Origin: a virus
Strand: one strand, 5' to 3'
IMG/VR virus record: IMGVR_UViG_3300020041_000022
Span: 1-6,071 of that record
Length of the DNA: 6,071 bases
Part shown: piece by piece, positions 1 to 4,162 of the stretch
Layout of the letters: each line of letters begins with the position of its first letter
Numbering within the stretch: position 1 is the first letter of the stretch
Position numbers and translations under genes: made by a program
Notes under the pieces: model-generated
Database searches by the model: none
What the model saw: only the letters and a program-made list of their open reading frames with translations
Told to the model about the DNA's origin: nothing

Positions 1-121
1 CGTCGTCGAACAATACATATAACAGAGGAAATCTTTTTTCTCAGATATTGCTTTCAGACCTTGGCGCTACGATTACCGCATCCAGGGATGGCTACCCTGT
101 CTCTACTATCTATCCCGGAAA
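1..121. repeat. Terminal direct repeat, left copy (exact duplicate of 5951..6071); overlap created by linearising a circular genome
   Basis: Read directly: bases 1..121 (cgtcgtcgaacaatacatat...tatcccggaaa) are identical to the last 121 bases of the window. The repeat lies inside a coding region, so it is an assembly or circularisation overlap rather than a biological terminal repeat. Unit length is 5,950 nt. Confidence 0.95.
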
Positions 122-1076
122 TACTACGTTGTCCACCGCGGGTCCTGCAAATCAATTCTCTACTGGCGCTGCCGCTACGACTATTACTACGCTTGGATCG
201 TTTCTTGTCGCCCATCCGATGGCCGTTGTACCTTCGAATCCCGATCGCTACAGTCGGTTGCTTCCTGTTGGTAGCTCAGAGGGTGTTTCCATGTCAGGCG
301 TTTCTACCATACCGCAGCTGGCTATTGCTTCGCGGCTTCAGGAATACAAGGACCTGCTTGGCGCTGGAGGTTCGCGTTACAGTGACTGGTTGGAGACTTT
401 TTTTGCTTCAAAAATCGAACATGTCGATCGGCCCAAATTGCTGTTTAGCGCATCTCAGACTGTTAACGTTCAGATTGTTATGAATCAGGCCGGAGATAAC
501 AATTTCTCTGGCTCGGGCGTAAATGCTCCCCTTGGACAACAAGGCGGTGCAATAGCCTTCAATGATCGTCTCGGTCGCCGACAGTCTTATTACTTCCGCG
601 AGCCTGGTTATATGATTGATATGCTGAGCATTCGCCCCGTCTACTATTGGGCAGGCGTTTACCCCGACTATCTCCATTATACTGGTGCCGATTATTTTAA
701 TCCGATCTATAATGATATTGGATATCAGGATATTCCCGGATTCCAATTCGGATTCGGAACCACATCGGCCTCAGAAGCTGTGGCCTACGAACCGTGTTTC
801 AATGAGTTTCGGTCCTCGTTTGACGAGGTTCTTGGCCAGCTGTCTCGATTTCAGGCAGCCTCTACCAGTGTCCCTCTTTATTCTTATTGGGTTCAGCAGC
901 GTGTTTTGTCGGCGAGCTATAATAAGTATTATTCCCTTTTGTTCGTGGATATTAATCAGGTAAACTCCCCGTTTTCTTCCAACCGGGAGGATAACTTCTT
1001 TATCAATCTTTCGTATTCCGTCCAGAAGAAGAGTTTGGTCAATAAAACATTTGCAACCCGTTTGTCTAACCGCTAA
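1..1076 (+). CDS. VP1: Major capsid protein (Microviridae F/VP1 family), C-terminal part; continuation of the ORF that starts at 5236
   Basis: The frame is continuous with 5236..6071: 48+5950=5998 is in phase with 5236. The first complete codon in the window starts at base 3. Stop TAA is at 1074..1076. It contains the capsid block IPQLAIASRLQEYKDLLGAGGSRYSDWLETFF...DRPKLL, which resembles the conserved G-x-RY / RP-x-L block of microvirus capsids. Third codon positions are T-rich, as in the other genes. The TTG at 48 used by the ORF track is an internal codon, not a start. Confidence 0.9.
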   Translation, partial: SSNNTYNRGNLFSQILLSDLGATITASRDGYPVSTIYPGNTTLSTAGPANQFSTGAAATTITTLGSFLVAHPMAVVPSNPDRYSRLLPVGSSEGVSMSGVSTIPQLAIASRLQEYKDLLGAGGSRYSDWLETFFASKIEHVDRPKLLFSASQTVNVQIVMNQAGDNNFSGSGVNAPLGQQGGAIAFNDRLGRRQSYYFREPGYMIDMLSIRPVYYWAGVYPDYLHYTGADYFNPIYNDIGYQDIPGFQFGFGTTSASEAVAYEPCFNEFRSSFDEVLGQLSRFQAASTSVPLYSYWVQQRVLSASYNKYYSLLFVDINQVNSPFSSNREDNFFINLSYSVQKKSLVNKTFATRLSNR

Positions 1077-1095
1077 CAATAAAATTATTTTATCT

Positions 1096-1392
1096 ATGGC
1101 ACTTGATTGGCTTTTGGAAGACGCACCTCAGTACGTTTCTCGCGGACAGCGAATTATGTCCGTTCTCGATGGTTCTGGCACCGTCGATGTTTTGCCTGGC
1201 CGTCCAGATGTGGTGGCCGAACCTTCTGATTTCGATAAGGGCGAAAAATTCAATCCTGATATTGATTTTGATCCCAACTCCTTTTCTCGTATGGATAAGT
1301 TCGATGGTCTCGAGGTTGGTCAGGAACTTATTGATTCTCAACTCGATAGGTCTAAGCCTACCTCAACACCTTCTAATTCTGAAGAAAAATAG
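1096..1392 (+). CDS. Hypothetical 98-aa acidic protein; possible scaffolding-type protein (function is a guess)
   Basis: ATG 1096 lies 19 nt after the capsid stop, and the stop is TAG 1390..1392. Third codon positions are T-rich. The protein is Asp/Glu-rich (DFDKGEKFNPDIDFDPNSF, DKFDGLEVGQELIDSQLD). The TTG at 1051 in the ORF track would overlap the capsid gene and is less likely to be the start. I recognise no family motif. Confidence 0.6.
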   Translation: MALDWLLEDAPQYVSRGQRIMSVLDGSGTVDVLPGRPDVVAEPSDFDKGEKFNPDIDFDPNSFSRMDKFDGLEVGQELIDSQLDRSKPTSTPSNSEEK

Positions 1393-1424
1393 TATATCCT
1401 TTACTTGACGATATATGCTACGTG

Positions 1425-1451
1425 CGCGAACCCCTTCTGGAAGAGTTCGTG
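1425..1451 (+). other. Imperfect hairpin in the 134-nt intergenic region 1393..1526
   Basis: CGAAC 1427..1431 pairs with GTTCG 1445..1449. An inner stem pairs CTTC 1434..1437 with GAAG 1440..1443. The outer stem extends through 1426 g-t 1450 and 1425 c-g 1451. A longer-range pairing, GCGCGA 1424..1429 with TCGCGC 1489..1494, is also possible. Confidence 0.4.
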
Positions 1452-1526
1452 AATTTCTGAAGGTTATTGGTAACGACTGCAGGAGAGGTCGCGCATTTTT
1501 CTATCGTTCTTTAATTTTTTGAATTT

Positions 1527-1718
1527 ATGTCAGACGCTAAGATTCCTTTTTACAAGTCGAAGGCTTTTTGGACACTCGTTTCCTCTATCGTTGCTGCTTT
1601 GGCTGCTTTTTTCTTGTCAGCATGTGCTGCTCAGGCTAGGATGCAACGCCGTGGTGTCCACATCGACACAGTACGTGTTGATTATATCATTCGTTCTAAC
1701 AATTTAACTCACGTATAG
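1527..1718 (+). CDS. Small predicted lipoprotein (63-aa precursor, 31-aa mature peptide), function unknown
   Basis: Starts at ATG 1527 and stops at TAG 1716..1718, one base before the pilot-gene ATG at 1720. The N-terminus looks like a canonical signal peptidase II signal: a positively charged n-region (K5, K10, K12), a hydrophobic core TLVSSIVAALAAFFL, then the lipobox L-S-A-C with Cys33 (tgt 1623..1625). The mature part is CAAQARMQRRGVHIDTVRVDYIIRSNNLTHV. Confidence 0.6.
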   Translation: MSDAKIPFYKSKAFWTLVSSIVAALAAFFLSACAAQARMQRRGVHIDTVRVDYIIRSNNLTHV

Positions 1719-1719
1719 T

Positions 1720-2976
1720 ATGCCTGCCCCGATTGCCGCCGCTGCTGCTTCTACTTCTTTTGGTCGCGCTCTTGGTGAATCTGCTGCTTCTACTGGCACT
1801 ACCGGTTTGATCAATGGTTTTTTAGGCCAACTTTTTGGTGGTATGAACGCCCGCCGCCAATGGCGTTTTCAGCAGAAACAGATGAAGCTTCAGCAACAGT
1901 ATGCCCTCGAGCAGATGCAGAAGCAGTCTGAACTCTCCTATGCTAATTGGCAGAAACAGTTTGACTACGAAAATGCCTACAATGATCCCTCGAAGGTTTT
2001 TGATCGCTACTTGAAGGCCGGTGTAACGCCCGCCGCTGTTCTAGGCTCTTCGGGTGTTGGTGTAAATGCCACCATGTCTGGCGGCTCTGCCTCCATGCCT
2101 TCTGCTTCCGGCCCTTCGGGCGGCTCACCCGTTGCTCCTGGTGGTTTTGCGGCTACCGACCCCACTGCTATCGCGCAGAATATGATGGCACGTTCTTCAG
2201 TTAATCGTAACGACGCTGCCGCTAATCGCGATAATGCTGAGGCCGACCTCATGAAAGGCAATACCCATAGCGCAGACTGGCGAAAGGAGATGGATGAGCT
2301 GGAGAAGAAGTCTTTGGAGCATAATATCGATAATGTCTCCGAGTTGGTCCGCCTTAATCGCGCTTTAGCTGATATCCATGCCGCTGACGCTGAATATGCT
2401 GATCTTATGGCTACGTATAAGTTTCAAGACTTTGTTGCTATGTATTCAAAGCATGTTGAAGAGGCGAATCAGGTCAAGAAGTATAACGACAAATACTTCG
2501 ATGCTATTTACGCCGCTCAGATCGCTCGAGATTTCGCTGCCGCCTATGAATCTGCTGCTTCCGGCGATGTCTTAGACGTTGAGTCTGAGATACGCGAGGT
2601 TAACTTGGCTGATCTCCGTGAGTGGTTTGATGTCAACTGGGAGTCGGAAGTCGATGTCCCTGAGGTTGATGAAAAAGGTAAACCTACTGGCGAAACAAAG
2701 AAGATGACAGGTCGCCAGATTCATCGAAAGCTTATGGGTCTCGCCGCCTCGGAAGGCGAACAGGATCTTTCAGGCCGCTGGTTCCAAAATCGTTCCAACA
2801 AGAATGCTTTTGGCTACAGTTTGGCAAGAACTGCCTTGGTTGGCGCCATGGCCATCGCTGGTACAGTTGCAACGAAGCGTCCTACTCCTGTTGATTACGA
2901 TGAAAGTAGGGAAATTTACGGCAAAGATGGCCGTTACGCCGGCACTGCAAGATCTAGCCGTCGTTATGTAAGGTGA
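1720..2976 (+). CDS. VP2: Minor capsid / DNA pilot protein (Microviridae VP2/H-like), 418 aa
   Basis: ATG 1720, stop TGA 2974..2976. From N to C it has: an Ala/Gly-rich hydrophobic N-terminus; a Gln-rich stretch; the block YENAYNDPSKVFDRYLKAGVTPAAVLG (1966..2031 and just beyond), which resembles the conserved A-G-x-N/T-P block of microvirus VP2 proteins; a Gly/Ser/Pro linker; a long charged helical region; and a C-terminal hydrophobic segment TALVGAMAIAGTVA (about 2830..2871). The position downstream of the capsid gene fits. Confidence 0.8.
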   Translation: MPAPIAAAAASTSFGRALGESAASTGTTGLINGFLGQLFGGMNARRQWRFQQKQMKLQQQYALEQMQKQSELSYANWQKQFDYENAYNDPSKVFDRYLKAGVTPAAVLGSSGVGVNATMSGGSASMPSASGPSGGSPVAPGGFAATDPTAIAQNMMARSSVNRNDAAANRDNAEADLMKGNTHSADWRKEMDELEKKSLEHNIDNVSELVRLNRALADIHAADAEYADLMATYKFQDFVAMYSKHVEEANQVKKYNDKYFDAIYAAQIARDFAAAYESAASGDVLDVESEIREVNLADLREWFDVNWESEVDVPEVDEKGKPTGETKKMTGRQIHRKLMGLAASEGEQDLSGRWFQNRSNKNAFGYSLARTALVGAMAIAGTVATKRPTPVDYDESREIYGKDGRYAGTARSSRRYVR

Positions 2977-3005
2977 AATTGACCAACTTTTTCTACTTTT
3001 GGAAC

Positions 3006-3036
3006 TTTGCTATTTATTCTTTTTGTCCTATATTTG
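3006..3036 (+). promoter_or_regulatory. Bacteroidota-type promoter: -33 TTTG (3006..3009), 19-nt spacer, -7 TAtaTTTG (3029..3036)
   Basis: Matches the published Bacteroides/Flavobacterium primary-sigma consensus TTTG ... TAnnTTTG with the preferred spacing of about 19 nt. It lies in the 86-nt gap between the pilot gene and ORF 3063, about 27 nt upstream of that ATG. A second TAnnTTTG (TActTTTG, 2994..3001) has no suitably spaced -33 element. Confidence 0.5.
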
Positions 3037-3062
3037 CACTGTAAACCAATAACCATACTATC

Positions 3063-3383
3063 ATGAAAAAATCTAGCGAAAGTGTTAGGGTCAACGAGTT
3101 GTTGATTGACATTGTAGAGTACGCCTTCCTCGAGTGGCTTGTTCGTCGAGGAATCCTTACCGTTTTTAAGGCGAATTACGAGCGTGAGTATTCACCTCGC
3201 AGGAGTTTTCGCGACCGCCTGCGCTCCCACGTTCGACATTCTATTTATGGCTCCCACTTTGGCCCAGGCCACCTTATTTCCTCTGCGTTCCTGTTTTGGT
3301 CGACCCCCGAAGGCGTTGAATTTTGGAACAGGCAGTCAGCCGCCTGGGAGCGTTTTTGCGCTGAACTTCAAGTAAAACTTTAA
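3063..3383 (+). CDS. Hypothetical protein, 106 aa (accessory ORFan with a Trp-rich C-terminal motif)
   Basis: ATG 3063, stop TAA 3381..3383, with an A/T-rich leader and no SD, like every other gene here. It has a basic middle (SPRRSFRDRLRSHVRH) and the motif SAFLFWSTPEGVEFWNRQSAAWERF (3282..3356). I cannot assign a family from memory. Confidence 0.7.
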   Translation: MKKSSESVRVNELLIDIVEYAFLEWLVRRGILTVFKANYEREYSPRRSFRDRLRSHVRHSIYGSHFGPGHLISSAFLFWSTPEGVEFWNRQSAAWERFCAELQVKL

Positions 3384-3394
3384 GCTATATTATT

Positions 3395-3718
3395 ATGACA
3401 CAGATTCATGTTGTTATCCGCCGTATTAACCCGGCCCTTAAAATTGACCTTGTCCAAGTAGGTCGTGTTAAAGACGGCCAGTTTGTCCCTATCCCTTTTG
3501 ACGCTATCTCAAATTCTCCTATCGCGTCCTATCTGAAGAGTTCGAGTATTAGCGATTCACTCTACGTTGACCACGCGGAAATTTCTGACCTCATTGGTAC
3601 TTGCGGCGCCTTCCCCGACTTCCGTGTTGAGTTTTTCGACAGTACCCTCGTTCTTATGTTTGATCTTGAACTCGATTGTGATGAAAGCACGACGAAAGAA
3701 GAAGGGAAAAGGGACTAA
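3395..3718 (+). CDS. Hypothetical protein, 107 aa (accessory ORFan, acidic C-terminus)
   Basis: ATG 3395 lies 11 nt after the previous stop, and the stop is TAA 3716..3718. Codon pattern looks coding. The C-terminus is LELDCDESTTKEEGKRD. I recognise no motif. Confidence 0.7.
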   Translation: MTQIHVVIRRINPALKIDLVQVGRVKDGQFVPIPFDAISNSPIASYLKSSSISDSLYVDHAEISDLIGTCGAFPDFRVEFFDSTLVLMFDLELDCDESTTKEEGKRD

Positions 3719-3764
3719 AGTTGTAACTCGTCCGCTTGGCGGTAGAGTCCTTTAGACCGCGGCA

Positions 3765-3796
3765 CCCGGGGGAGTCGCTCTCCCCCGGGCTTTTTT
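3765..3796 (+). terminator. Rho-independent terminator (+ strand only)
   Basis: A perfect 10-bp GC-rich stem, cccgggggag 3765..3774 with ctcccccggg 3780..3789, closes the 5-nt loop tcgct. It is followed by c plus T6 (3791..3796). On the minus strand no T-tract follows the hairpin. This is the only canonical terminator I can find in the genome. Confidence 0.8.
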
Positions 3797-3961
3797 ACTC
3801 TCAGACTCACCGAACTTGTTCGGTATGCAGGCCGCGAAGTGAAGCCATGGAGCTCGAAGACGCGAAGCGTCCCGGCCGTTAAGGCCGTCGAGCGGCGTAA
3901 CGAAGCAGTTTTCGCACTCGAAAGTACCGTCTTTCGAAGCGCAAAGTATTACTTTTCGATT
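3797..3961 (+). other. Structured GC-rich non-coding region; candidate ssDNA replication/priming element or structured leader
   Basis: No frame here shows the T-rich third-position signature seen in all genes. It holds successive hairpins: ACCGAA-cttg-TTCGGT (3809..3824); a three-way junction (3852..3893); CGAA(G)-cagt-(T)TTCG (3901..3914); and TCGAAAG-taccgt-CTTTCGA (3918..3937), extendable by CGC/GCG to 3913..3941. A further imperfect hairpin (3715..3755) precedes the terminator. Confidence 0.5.
3852..3893 (+). other. Perfect 42-nt three-way junction (16 Watson-Crick pairs, single-nucleotide linkers)
   Basis: The sequence is GCTCGA-a-GACGC-gaa-GCGTC-c-CGGCC-gttaa-GGCCG-TCGAGC. The outer stem pairs 3852..3857 with 3888..3893. 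Arm A pairs 3859..3863 with 3867..3871 (GAA triloop). Arm B pairs 3873..3877 with 3883..3887 (GTTAA loop). The complementarity is read directly; whether it folds in vivo and what it does are unknown. Confidence 0.5.
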
Positions 3962-4162
3962 ATGGATTATTTTGATTTTCGCCCTAGGTTTTCTCCTGTT
4001 GTCAATAGCATTTCTTATCGCTATTCTATTGGCGCATACCGCGGTAGAAGGCGAGTTATCATCGCTTGGTTTGCTGACGAGATTCCTGCGAATGATTATC
4101 TTATTCGCTGTCGCCTTGATCATCCTAGTATTAAATTTGATTGTCTTCAAAGCTTGCTCTGA
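3962..4162 (+). CDS. Hypothetical small protein, 66 aa, stop overlapping the Rep start codon
   Basis: ATG 3962 has an A/T-rich, SD-less leader like the other genes. Stop TGA 4160..4162 shares its A with the Rep ATG 4162..4164 (TGATG). From 3962 onward this frame is strongly enriched for T-ending codons, like the core genes, whereas 3839..3961 in the same frame is not. I therefore prefer ATG 3962 over the GTG at 3839. The product MDYFDFRPRFSPVVNSISYRYSIGAYRGRRRV... is mildly basic. Confidence 0.45.
   Translation: MDYFDFRPRFSPVVNSISYRYSIGAYRGRRRVIIAWFADEIPANDYLIRCRLDHPSIKFDCLQSLL

Noticed and set aside
1-121. The 121-nt terminal repeat as a biological DTR/LTR or an attachment-site duplication
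   Set aside because: It lies in the middle of the capsid ORF, which reads through the junction in frame. The simplest explanation is the overlap left by assembling a circular molecule.
1403-1430. dif-like site for XerC/D-mediated integration (reverse complement ttcgcgcacgtagcatatatcgtcaagt versus E. coli dif)
   Set aside because: By hand alignment only 15 of 28 positions match E. coli dif, with poor matches in both recombinase-binding arms. The Bacteroidota dif consensus is not something I can reproduce reliably. No integrase is encoded, so temperate behaviour remains an open question, but this site is not evidence for it.
3839-3961. GTG-initiated 5-prime extension of the small ORF (track ORF 3839..4162, 107 aa)
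   Set aside because: This stretch lacks the T-ending codon bias that begins abruptly at ATG 3962, and it coincides with the hairpin array. I call it non-coding and start the ORF at 3962.
4114-4140. phiX174-origin-like strings (CTTGAT at 4115..4120 followed by the A/T-rich TATTAAAT; ACTTGAT at 1101..1107)
   Set aside because: Only a 6-7-nt match to the phiX nick-site core (CAACTTGATA). That is expected about once or twice by chance in 6 kb, and origin sequence conservation across such distant lineages is not established. I do not call an origin from this.
3752-4150. 132-aa minus-strand ORF covering the main non-coding region
   Set aside because: It starts with TTG. It runs antisense through the terminator hairpin and the other GC-rich stems, which would explain its lack of stop codons. 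I see no codon-bias signature, and it would be the only minus-strand gene in a family whose members encode all genes on one strand.
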